A stretch of DNA of 32,000 bases from contig NC_009925.1 in NCBI RefSeq assembly GCF_000018105.1, positions 2,760,001 to 2,792,000 of the forward strand, given 5' to 3'. The notes beneath the pieces are model-generated. The model ran no database searches and was not told the DNA's origin. It worked only from the letters and a program-made list of their open reading frames with translations. This DNA comes from Acaryochloris marina MBIC11017. Its GTDB lineage: Bacteria; Cyanobacteriota; Cyanobacteriia; Thermosynechococcales; Thermosynechococcaceae. Shown one piece after another: positions 17,864 to 27,700 of this stretch; position 1 is the stretch's first letter; each line of letters starts with the position of its first letter. Made by a program: the position numbers and the translations under genes.

Positions 17864-19267
17864 TTATAGGGGTCTGTCCTGAGCATTCCCTACAGCCGTT
17901 GACCAAGAAACACCCCGAATAGAGCAATCTAACAGCTGCATGGGATGGAGCACAGGAGTGGTATGGTCTTGTTGATCTAAATGTTTGCGAATTTGCATGG
18001 TACAACCCACATTAGCCGAGGCAATTAAAGTGGCCCCCGTCTGGGTAAGATTCTGCACTTTTTGCTGCCCCAACTCTTCCGCAATGTCGGGTTGGAGAAT
18101 GTTATAGACCCCAGCACTGCCACAACAGAGAAAAGCATCACGGGGTTCGCGGAGTTCTAAACCCGGAATTTGCTGCAGGAGGCGACGGGGTTGCGCCTGG
18201 ATTTTTTGGCCATGGAGCATATGACAGGCATCTTGATAGACGACAGCCAATGGCTCTGGCTGCAGAGGAGACAAGGGGGTCGTTAAGCCCACTTCATCCA
18301 GAAATTCCTGAACATCTTTGACTTGGTGGGCAAAGGCTTGGGCGCGATCGCGATAGGCTGGATCGTCCTGCAAGATGTGGCCATATTCCTTGAGGGTATG
18401 ACCACAGCCGGAGGCATTGACGATCACAGCATCCAAGTCATAATCGGCAAAACTATCCATCATCTGTCGGGCTAAGTCTTGGGCCTGATCCACTTGGCCT
18501 TGGTGGTGGGGCAAGGCAGCACAGCACCCCTGACTTCTGGGAACCACCACTTCGCAGCCATTCGCCGTCAACACCCGAATGGTCGCTTGATTGACTTCAG
18601 ATAAAAAGAGACGCTGGATACAGCCCAAAATCAAGCCCACCCGATAGCGACGTTTTCCCTGGGCGGGAAAGATCTCCGATTCTGGATCCGTAAAGGCTTG
18701 GGCTTCAATGGGAGGAAGCAGCGACTCCATAGCGACGAGAGACTTTGGCAAGACGCGTGCCAACAGCCCTGACTGGCGCAACATACTTTGCAACCCTAGT
18801 AGTTTTTGGTAAAGCTGTAGGGGACCTAGTAGTCGTCGCAATCGCTGAGGATAGGGCAGTAACGAGAACAGCATTTTCCGCAGGAGTCGCTGGGGCAGAC
18901 TGCGTTGATAATTCTGTTCAATCTGGGCTCGGGTTGAGGTGATTAGCTGGTCATACTCAACCCCTGACGGACAAGTGCTGACACAGGCCAAACAGCCTAA
19001 GCAGGTATCAAAATGGCCCACAGCAGCATCCGTCAAAGTAAAGTCACCTTGATTGAGGCCGTTCATTAAATAGACCCGGCCCCGAGGCGAATCGGTTTCT
19101 TTGCCAATCACACGGTAACTAGGACAGGTGGATAGACAAAATCCACAATGGACACAGCTATCGATCAAGGACTGTTCAGGGGATGTAGAGGGCTGCGCTG
19201 GCGGCTCGGACCAATCCACTGTCGCAGCCGTCACCTGCAGAGAATGGGGTGATTCAGAAGTAGTCAT
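17864..19267 (-). CDS. glcF: Glycolate oxidase/dehydrogenase iron-sulfur subunit
   Basis: 467 aa. It has two 4Fe-4S motifs (CVHCGFCLSTCP and CLGCLACVSTCP) and C-terminal CCG-type Cys-rich repeats. Its start overlaps the stop of the upstream FAD subunit by 1 nt (TAATG). Confidence 0.8.
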   Translation of the reverse strand: MTTSESPHSLQVTAATVDWSEPPAQPSTSPEQSLIDSCVHCGFCLSTCPSYRVIGKETDSPRGRVYLMNGLNQGDFTLTDAAVGHFDTCLGCLACVSTCPSGVEYDQLITSTRAQIEQNYQRSLPQRLLRKMLFSLLPYPQRLRRLLGPLQLYQKLLGLQSMLRQSGLLARVLPKSLVAMESLLPPIEAQAFTDPESEIFPAQGKRRYRVGLILGCIQRLFLSEVNQATIRVLTANGCEVVVPRSQGCCAALPHHQGQVDQAQDLARQMMDSFADYDLDAVIVNASGCGHTLKEYGHILQDDPAYRDRAQAFAHQVKDVQEFLDEVGLTTPLSPLQPEPLAVVYQDACHMLHGQKIQAQPRRLLQQIPGLELREPRDAFLCCGSAGVYNILQPDIAEELGQQKVQNLTQTGATLIASANVGCTMQIRKHLDQQDHTTPVLHPMQLLDCSIRGVSWSTAVGNAQDRPL

Positions 19268-20610
19268 TAAATTCCACCAACGAAACGATCAGGATTCAAA
19301 ATATTGTGAGGGTCAAATTGCTGTTTGAGCTGTTTCATACTGGCGAGGGCGTTGCCAGGATATCCCCACACATCCAGGCTGCGCTTCAGCACTGGCGGAG
19401 CGTCTAAAACCGTTAAAAATCCATGGGCGTTTTGACAGTGCGATCGCAACTCCCGTATCCATTCAACCCCAGGAGAGGGGTTCTTGCCTATCCCTTCCTG
19501 CTCTAATCGCAAGACACCCGTGCCGCTACCGGCGTAGATCCGTCCCCAACCGGTAATTTGCTGTTGTTGGCAGTATCGGTCAAACTGAGCCAAAAATTGC
19601 GTCGATTGGGCGGGCAGCACCCCAAATTTACAGACCAGGGCCGAGGGCTGAGGCACTTGCCAAAACTGCTGGGTGAGCTGCTGCCAAAAGTCCGTATCTA
19701 AGTCACCGGAGAGGGTGCAACTCGAACAGCCTTGGGCCAGTTTCAACATGCGATCGCATTGGGCCACCACACTTTCTTCTACACTCTGAAAGCGCACAGC
19801 CAAGGCCAACTCACCTTCTACCGTGCTAGAGGGGATGGCTGCAGCCGAGAGCAAATCCACCGCCATCGGAGTCAAGGTACTTTTGAGCAATATACGGGTT
19901 AACGCTGTAATATCGGCTTCCGTTCCGCCTATCACCACCGTTTGTGATACTTCTGGCAGGGGATAGAGACGTAGAGTGACTTCAGCAATCACTCCCAAGG
20001 TGCCGAAGGCCCCCGTCATTAACTTCATTAAGTCGTAACCCGCCACATTTTTCACGACTCTACCTCCGGCTTTAGTAGATTGCCCGTCTGCCCGAATAAA
20101 GGTAATGCCAATGCACATATCTCTTAAACTGCCATAGCGATGTCGCAAGCTTCCACCATCGCGGGTGGCGATCAGACCGCCCAAGGTGGCTGTTTCAGCA
20201 TAGGCCGGATCTAGGGCAACATGTTGACGGAAAGGCGCTAGTTTAGCTTGCAGAGTCGCTAGAGATAGTCCAGCTTCTACGGTGACGGTTAAGTCCCCCG
20301 TCGCATGAGCCACCACGCGCTGAAGGCCCTGGGTACAAACCACCAAATCAATCTGCTGCGTCAGGCCGCCCCAATGGAGTTTGCTGGCGTGACCACATAC
20401 CAAGAGTCGCCAGCGCTGTTGATGGGCCACTGCCATCACCGCCGCTAATTCAGCTTGGGTACGCGGATAAACAATATAAGTCGGCAATGCCCCTTGATCA
20501 AGAATCTGCTCTGGAGCGGAGAGCAGGGAGGCCTCAGATAACAGCAAGACCTGCTCAGGACCAACAATAGGGATCAGTTGTTGGGAAATCGCAGCAGTTG
20601 ATAGAACCAC
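19267..20610 (-). CDS. glcE: FAD-binding (PCMH-type) oxidoreductase, glycolate oxidase subunit GlcE-like
   Basis: 447 aa with a GTG start. It carries the FAD-linked oxidase motif GGRVVKNVAGYDLMKL. It is translationally coupled to glcF. Confidence 0.7.
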   Translation of the reverse strand: MVLSTAAISQQLIPIVGPEQVLLLSEASLLSAPEQILDQGALPTYIVYPRTQAELAAVMAVAHQQRWRLLVCGHASKLHWGGLTQQIDLVVCTQGLQRVVAHATGDLTVTVEAGLSLATLQAKLAPFRQHVALDPAYAETATLGGLIATRDGGSLRHRYGSLRDMCIGITFIRADGQSTKAGGRVVKNVAGYDLMKLMTGAFGTLGVIAEVTLRLYPLPEVSQTVVIGGTEADITALTRILLKSTLTPMAVDLLSAAAIPSSTVEGELALAVRFQSVEESVVAQCDRMLKLAQGCSSCTLSGDLDTDFWQQLTQQFWQVPQPSALVCKFGVLPAQSTQFLAQFDRYCQQQQITGWGRIYAGSGTGVLRLEQEGIGKNPSPGVEWIRELRSHCQNAHGFLTVLDAPPVLKRSLDVWGYPGNALASMKQLKQQFDPHNILNPDRFVGGI

Positions 20611-20833
20611 AATAAACCGGCGGGATAAATCAGGGAGAGTCGAGCAGTTTAATCAAACTGTTTATCCACCATAAACGGTATCCCAGACTGCAGACAAATC
20701 CATTCACCAACCCTCTGCGATTAGCTTCGATCTCTAGGGACTAGCGATCCCCCAGACCTTTCCGATTGAGCCAGCCTGCTCGGCCACCCCAACGTCATTC
20801 CTTCAGGTCAGAGAGCTTGAATTCCCGAGTCCT

Positions 20834-21148
20834 TTATTCGTATTGGAAGTTGCCCACGATGGGGAACTCATACTGCAGATCGCCACTTAACGTATATTCA
20901 TAGTTCGGGTTATAGGATTCATCACTCAGCAGTAGGTAGTGGTGATAAAAACCGGGGTAGGGATAGCTATTGTTAAAGAAACCCGCCGACGGAATAAAGA
21001 AAGGAACGGGCGCGACTGGATTGGCAGGGAAACCAAACACGACCTGGGTTTGAGCCGCTGCCGCAGTGGGTGAGAACACGAGGGCTAGACTAGCCAAGGC
21101 AAGCATCGTGAATTTCATGACAGGTCCCTTCTCAGTAGGAAGTAACAA
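20834..21148 (-). CDS. Small secreted aromatic/proline-rich hypothetical protein
   Basis: 104-aa ORF. The likely real start is MKFTMLALASLALVFSPTAAAAQ (about 21118), which looks like a signal peptide. The mature part is Tyr/Phe/Pro-rich. Confidence 0.45.
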   Translation of the reverse strand: MLLPTEKGPVMKFTMLALASLALVFSPTAAAAQTQVVFGFPANPVAPVPFFIPSAGFFNNSYPYPGFYHHYLLLSDESYNPNYEYTLSGDLQYEFPIVGNFQYE

Positions 21149-21436
21149 TAAGCAATGAGGCCCAACACCTCAACTGAGATAATAAGGACTCATAAACCTT
21201 AATTTCTTTCTCTGATCAAAAATCTTAAGGATCTAGCCATTTCATATATTCAATTTGATAAGAAATAGCACAGGATACTTCAGTCTTGATCGCACCTAAA
21301 GCTTATCGTTAACTGAGTTATCCATGTAATCTAGGCAACAAATATCAGCATGGATGTAACGAGACGTAAACCTAACACAAGACATGTAACGCTAGCAGGT
21401 AGCGCCGACAACGCTCATTCCATACAGCCCTAAGCT

Positions 21437-22135
21437 TTAGAACTCAACATTGGGCTGTGCTACCGTCTCTTCAGGCAGGGCTTGAGACAGGGCTGCAATG
21501 TCATCGTCTTCGGCAGGCAGACAAACCTTAGTCGCCCAAGTCCCCTCATACTGAGTGACCCGCAAGGTGCGGCCCGGTTCAATTTTCATGCGGTCGATCT
21601 TGTCTTTGGATAAGCTAGTGACCAATTGTTCGCCCGTGGGAGATACCAGGCCCAGCTTATTCTCTTCCACCACAATCACTGTTCCCTCAAAGACCCGACG
21701 GACACGGGCCGAGTCTAATTTAACGATCTGATTATTGCCATTGACATCAAACCCGACTAAGCTGCCTCGGCGAAAGGTTTGCGTCGCGCTGTTGGCAGCC
21801 ACTTTATAAGTTCGAGCGGTACCATCAATTAATCGGACTGATAGCTGATCGCCTTTTAAGGACCGGACTAATCCGTATTGGCTCAAAATTTCGGTTGGCC
21901 GAACGGAAGGGGTTGTTAATGCAGTTTGAGACGTGTCGGGAGCTGGGGCGGGTGGATTGACCGGTATCGTCACAGGCTCAAACGGCCCCAAAACCTCGGC
22001 ATCGCGAGTGAAATGATTGGCCATGGATGCCGAGTCTTCTGTCACCAGATCGCTGGCTTGGGCATGGCTAGCAACGGTTGCACTGATCAGTGCCAGACCA
22101 ATGATGGATGATGAAGCGATAAATTTTACCAGCAT
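21437..22135 (-). CDS. Secreted hypothetical protein
   Basis: 232 aa with a signal peptide MLVKFIASSSIIGLALISATVASHAQA. A Pro-rich linker precedes a beta-rich C-terminal half. No family was recognised. Confidence 0.5.
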   Translation of the reverse strand: MLVKFIASSSIIGLALISATVASHAQASDLVTEDSASMANHFTRDAEVLGPFEPVTIPVNPPAPAPDTSQTALTTPSVRPTEILSQYGLVRSLKGDQLSVRLIDGTARTYKVAANSATQTFRRGSLVGFDVNGNNQIVKLDSARVRRVFEGTVIVVEENKLGLVSPTGEQLVTSLSKDKIDRMKIEPGRTLRVTQYEGTWATKVCLPAEDDDIAALSQALPEETVAQPNVEF

Positions 22136-22510
22136 TGCTTTTCCGCCGTGACCAATTTAAAGGTTTACTTAAAAATTGCGATAAAACTGAATTTTGGGAG
22201 GGAGAAATTGTTAATAATTCCTCAATTTTTCGAATTTGAAGCAATTTTTTATAACCAAAGAATACCCTATTCAACATCGGAGCAGCAAGGGATTAATGGG
22301 GGCTTCAGAATACAGAATTGGGGGCGAAATTCATTTTTTACAGGTTTATCCCGAAATTTCGAGGTTCCTTAGGTGTTTGACTTTTTTACAAACTGATCAC
22401 AAAAGCTTAAAGAATTGCGATCGCATTTTATGGGACCTTAATTAGCAACACGGCAGATCGAGCGTGTCTCACCTCTGCCAGATTGCTCCCGACACGGTTA
22501 AACAAGGGCT

Positions 22511-24481
22511 ATGTCACAACCCACGATTGAATCCATCCTGCAAGAACAACGCCTGTTTCCACCGCCTGCAGACCTGGCGGCCCAGGCTGAGATCAAAAGT
22601 GCCGAGGAATATGAGCAGCTTTATGCCAAAGCAGAGGCTGATCCTCAAGCCTTTTGGGCTGAACTGGCAGAAAAGGAACTGGACTGGTTTGAGAAATGGG
22701 ATACGGTGCTGGACTGGCAGCCCCCCTTTGCCAAGTGGTTTGTGGGCGGCAAGCTCAACATCACCTATAACTGCTTGGATCGTCACCTCAAAACCTGGCG
22801 ACGCAACAAAGCCGCGCTGATTTGGGAAGGGGAGCCAGGAGACTCACGCACCCTCACCTATGCCCAACTCCATCGAGAAGTCTGCCAAACCGCCAACGTC
22901 CTCAAGCAGTTGGGAGTGGGCAAAGGCGACCGGGTCGGTATTTATATGCCGATGGTACCGGAAGCTGCGATCGCAATGTTAGCCTGTGCCCGCATCGGTG
23001 CCCCCCATACCGTTGTCTTTGGCGGGTTCAGTGCCGAAGCCCTCAAGGATCGCCTCAACGATGCTGAAGCCAAATTAGTGATTACCGCCGATGGTGGCTT
23101 CCGCAAAGACAAAGCCGTCCCCTTAAAAACCGCCGTTGACAAAGCCTTAGCCGATAATGGTGTCCCCAGCGTTAACAACGTTTTGGTGGTGCAGCGCACT
23201 AAAGCCGACGTAACCATGGCCTCCAATCGCGACCATTGGTGGCATGAGTTAGTCCCAGCTGCTTCCGCTGACTGTCCGCCTGAACCCATGGACAGTGAAG
23301 ATATGCTGTTTATTCTCTATACCAGCGGCACCACGGGGCGTCCCAAAGGCGTAGTGCACACCACAGGCGGCTACAACCTCTACACCCATATGACCTGCAA
23401 GTGGGCCTTTGACCTTAAAGATAATGATGTCTACTGGTGTACCGCAGATGTCGGCTGGATTACAGGCCATAGCTATATTGTCTACGGTCCCTTATCCAAT
23501 GGCGCTACCTCTCTGATGTATGAAGGCGCACCCCGCCCTTCCAATCCCGGCTGTTTCTGGGATGTCGTGGAAAAATATGGCGTCAATATCTTCTATACCG
23601 CTCCCACTGCCATTCGGGCCTTTATTAAACTGGGCGATCAGCATCCCCAAGCCCGCAACTTATCTTCTCTGCGGATTTTAGGCACTGTCGGTGAACCCAT
23701 TAACCCAGAAGCCTGGATCTGGTATCAGCAGGTGATTGGCGGCGGCAAATGCCCAATTATCGATACCTGGTGGCAAACGGAAACGGGGGGCTTTATGATT
23801 ACGCCCCTGCCGGGCGCTACGTCCACTAAACCTGGATCTGCCACCCGCCCCTTCCCAGGGATTTTGGCAGATGTGGTCGATTTAGACGGCAACCCCGTCG
23901 CCGACAATGAAGGCGGCTATCTGGTCGTCCGTCACCCCTGGCCCAGCATGATGCGCACAGTGTATGGCGATGACGATCGGTTCCGTCGGACTTACTGGGA
24001 ACATATCCCCCCCAAAGACGGCAAATATGTCTACTTCGCTGGGGATGGCGTCCGCCGAGATGAGGATGGTTATTTCTGGATTATGGGTCGCGTCGATGAC
24101 GTGATCAATGTATCCGGGCACCGCCTGGGGACGATGGAGATTGAGTCTGCCCTGGTCTCTCACCCCGCTGTGGCAGAAGCTGCTGTGGTCGGTCGGCCTG
24201 ATGACCTCAAGGGTGAAGATGTGTTTGCCTTTGTCACCTTGGAAAATACCCATCCTCCGAGTGATGAACTCAATTCTGAACTGAAGCAGCATGTGGTCAA
24301 TGAGATTGGAGTGATTGCCCGTCCGGGCGAGATTCGCTTTGCCGATGCTTTGCCCAAAACCCGCTCTGGCAAAATTATTCGGCGATTCTTGCGCAACTTA
24401 GCCAGTGGTGAAGATATTGCTGGGGATGCATCCACTATGGAAGATCAAAGTGTTCTAGACAAGCTACGGCAAGGATCCTAA
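22511..24481 (+). CDS. acs: Acetyl-CoA synthetase (AMP-forming)
   Basis: 656 aa and full length. It has the AMP-binding signature [23 protein letters not shown] and a C-terminal [11 protein letters not shown]. Confidence 0.95.
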   Translation: MSQPTIESILQEQRLFPPPADLAAQAEIKSAEEYEQLYAKAEADPQAFWAELAEKELDWFEKWDTVLDWQPPFAKWFVGGKLNITYNCLDRHLKTWRRNKAALIWEGEPGDSRTLTYAQLHREVCQTANVLKQLGVGKGDRVGIYMPMVPEAAIAMLACARIGAPHTVVFGGFSAEALKDRLNDAEAKLVITADGGFRKDKAVPLKTAVDKALADNGVPSVNNVLVVQRTKADVTMASNRDHWWHELVPAASADCPPEPMDSEDMLFILYTSGTTGRPKGVVHTTGGYNLYTHMTCKWAFDLKDNDVYWCTADVGWITGHSYIVYGPLSNGATSLMYEGAPRPSNPGCFWDVVEKYGVNIFYTAPTAIRAFIKLGDQHPQARNLSSLRILGTVGEPINPEAWIWYQQVIGGGKCPIIDTWWQTETGGFMITPLPGATSTKPGSATRPFPGILADVVDLDGNPVADNEGGYLVVRHPWPSMMRTVYGDDDRFRRTYWEHIPPKDGKYVYFAGDGVRRDEDGYFWIMGRVDDVINVSGHRLGTMEIESALVSHPAVAEAAVVGRPDDLKGEDVFAFVTLENTHPPSDELNSELKQHVVNEIGVIARPGEIRFADALPKTRSGKIIRRFLRNLASGEDIAGDASTMEDQSVLDKLRQGS

Positions 24482-24495
24482 GCACGCACTATCGC

Positions 24496-24539
24496 TGATG
24501 AGGTTGAGTCTGTAAGCATCCACAGCCCTAACCTCATCA
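24496..24539 (+). terminator. Possible hairpin downstream of acs
   Basis: 10-bp inverted repeat TGATGAGGTT / AACCTCATCA with a 24-nt loop, 15 nt after the acs stop. There is no clear U-tract. A second 7-bp hairpin (AGGCCTC/GAGGCCT) lies at 24552-24587. Confidence 0.25.
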
Positions 24540-24756
24540 CCTATGGCTTACAGGCCTCAATGTTTAGAGTGATTGTTCTAGAGGCCTTGCTCCATTTGCA
24601 GCGCTTCTAAATTCTCTGTACAGTTCGGCTAGCATTGTCTTTAACTGGATGCCGGAGCAGAAAGACAGCTCATCACCCAAAACTGGTGGAGAAGCCTGAG
24701 AGTGGATACTACTGAGCACACTTTAAGAGCCAAACTGTATCATTAACAACTCAAAA

Positions 24757-27700
24757 TCAACGATACCGTTCCTTCTCCACCCACTGTTCAGCTTTTTCCA
24801 AGGTCGCAAAACGAGTAGGAAAGCGATCATGGAGAGCCGTTGCAAGTCCATCCCAATCTCTGTTGGAATCAATATCGATATTTGAGGGTAGAAATGCACT
24901 GCATATAAGGGGTGGATCAACACCTTCCAGTTGATCACTCGTTAAGTTTTGAGCATCACTCAAAACCGTTCGTATTAAGAAAGTGTTGCTGAGGTTGGCG
25001 CGGATGAGGTTGGCGCTGCTGAGGTCGGCGCTGCTGAGGTTGGCGCGGATGAGGTTGGCGCGGATGAGGTTGGCGCTGCTGAGGTTGGCGCTGCTGAGGT
25101 TGGCGCTGCGGAGGTCGGCGCTGCGGAGGTTGGCGCGGATGAGGTTGGCGCTGCTGAGGTCGGCGCTGCTGAGGTTGGCGCGGATGAGGTTGGCGCGGAT
25201 GAGGTTGGCGCTGCTGAGGTTGGCGCTGCTGAGGTCGGCGCTGCTGAGGTTGGCGCGGATGAGGTTGGCGCTGCTGAGGTTGGCGCTGCTGAGGTTGGCG
25301 CTGCTGAGGTTGGCGCTGCTGAGGTTGGCGCTGCTGAGGTCGGCGCTGCTGAGGTCGGCGCGGATGAGGTCGGCGCTGCTGAGGTCGGCGCTGCGGAGGT
25401 CGGCGCTTCTGAGGTCGGCGCGGATGAGATAAGGCCCAACCGTTTTAGCAAACATCCCTGTTCCAAGAGCATCTGCATAATGAATAATTTTGAGGAGACG
25501 ATCGGCTTGAAAGCTCTCTGTATCAGCTTGACCACAGGGATAAAAATAGATCTCAGGTTGAGGTGTATCGTCTCCAAGATAGGGATAGCCCCCTGGTTGC
25601 GCAGATGCATGTAGCCTAAATAGAAAAATCATCACGTTTAGCCCCGTAAATACATCTACTTGCTTTAATCCGGTAGGGATCTCGTGGCCTAACAGTTGGA
25701 TCAGTTTCTTCTGGGGAAGATTCTCATTGGGGGGAGCATCCAAAAATTCGTTTTGGCACCAGCGATCATAGAAATTATTGAGGCGATTAAACAGCCGTAC
25801 ACGGTCAATATCGCTCTCATCCAGTAGCTCCCACAAATAGGCGACAATTTCTTGACTCAGGCCGCCATAACCCAATACGTCGTAAATTTGTTCATTCAGT
25901 GCTCGTTCATCTAGCCGAAACCGTTGTCGTTTATCTAACTCCGTCCAGGCTTCAAAGGCGTTCAGTAATCGCTCTGCAAACAAATACTCGCCAAAGCTCT
26001 TGTGGGCAAATTCCACTGAACCCCGTTGATCTCTTTCTCCTGGTTTGAGATAAAAGGTGGTCAGTAAATTATTCAGCGCCTTGTCCTCAGATTGCCCAGT
26101 GGTTGCCTGGGCTTGCTTCAGCAATTCAGCGATGGGATTGCTACTGTCTTGAAACCGCTGCTTCACCATTTCCAGTCGGGCCGTTTCATTGCCCGACTGA
26201 ACCACACACAATGCTGCTTCTTGCAGTATCTCCCGTAAATCTTCCAGGGAATCTAGCCCTGATAGCCGCAAATTCTCATCCTGCCGCTGTTTTTTCAACA
26301 CCCAATTCACCGCTGCTCGATAAATCCGCAGCTTGGCCTGAGTGTCTTGATTAAGACCTGCTTGAGTATCTGCAAACATTCCTTGAGTCAGATGCCCCTC
26401 TCGATTAAGCCGCGCCAGCAAGTACAGCAGAAGCGGCTCACGGGCTAGAGTATCTGTGATGTCTTTGGGGCAGGCTGTCAAAAATTCCCGGAACTGATTG
26501 ACCTTCTCTTCTCCAAATAGGGCTTGCCATTTGTTCAGCCAGCCTTCCCTCAACTGATCTCCCATGGGTTCCAGCCGCACCCGCTCCAGATCTTTATTTT
26601 GGGTGATCAGTCGATCGATTCCTTGCAGCGCTAACGGTCGTCCAGTGACCAATAGCTGATGATGGCTACGCCGCTGAAAATCCGTTACTTGCTGCAAAAA
26701 CTCCTTTAAACCACCCGTAGCCCGCCCTTCTAACAAGAGTTCATCAAAGCCATCCAAAATAATAAAAAATCGAGTGTTTTTATCCGCTAGCCAGCTCGAT
26801 TCCCCGCGCACGAAATTTTCCTGCTCTAAATCGGGGCAGTCTTCTAGTGTTTCCGTTAGATTATTTGCCAGTTTCCGTAGGTCTCGTAACCGAATCCGCA
26901 AGGGAATAAAAGCATCTCCAAATTCCGAGCACACCCAATTGGCAATCATGCGACAAAATACAGATTTCCCTCGGCCTGCCTCGCCTTCCATAAACATCAC
27001 TTTGCGGGGCTGGTTGGCTGGCTGGTCTAAAGTTTTCTTCGTCCATTCATGGCTACAGATGGGACTAACATCACGTTTTACCTCTCCTTCCTGAGTTAAG
27101 GGCTGCACCTCTAGCCGTACATAGATGTCTTGAAAGCTTACTCTGGGGCTACTTTCATCAAAGACCTGCTCCTGTGGAGTAGGTCTTATCCGCGTTTTTA
27201 AATACTCGTCAATAGCCGTATAGCGTTCTAGCTCTTGCTGACCACCCGTGCGGTAAAACTCCGCCAAGGGTTCCACACTTTCCCCAGCTTCTGCAATGAC
27301 CTCATGGAAATACCGATGACTTCCCCACAAGACTTGATCTGCCAATCGTTGGGCTTGGCTGTTGTCCAGTCCAAACTGTTGCAACTGCTCTATCAAATCT
27401 GTTCCAAACTTCTCGGCGAATACAGACTCTCGAAATTGGGTAGTGGCTGTCTTTGCCTCCGTGAGGGTCAGCTCTGTTTTATAAAATTTGGAAAGCTGTT
27501 GCTCGACAACATCCTTAAGCAATAGCTGCGCTAGTTTCGCTTTAATCGTCTCATCTTGTTTCTCCAACACTATTTCTAAACTTCGGAGATAGGCGAGTTG
27601 GGCGACAATTGTGACTGAACTCTCGAAAGTTGGCTCCACTTTTGCCAGTTCAATCCCAATTTTCAGCACGTTAATGCCAGCAGATACAAATGGCAACCCA

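Noticed and set aside
22464-22820. A 118-aa plus-strand ORF overlapping the acs start, plus other ORFs inside acs (22514-24435).
   Set aside because: They are out of frame with, or antisense to, a full-length and highly recognisable acetyl-CoA synthetase.
24991-25425. Possible CRISPR array or non-coding minisatellite.
   Set aside because: The units are 15 bp with no spacers. The array is an exact multiple of 3 and is in frame within a 1055-aa ORF. No cas genes are present.
24975-25610. The 211-aa minus-strand ORF (APTSAAPTS...) and the 149-aa plus-strand ORF 24983-25432 (LLRLARMRLA...) over the repeat array.
   Set aside because: They are artefacts of the 15-bp periodicity, which keeps every frame open. 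Only the A(D/N)LxX frame is continuous with the upstream NACHT domain and the downstream C-terminal tail.
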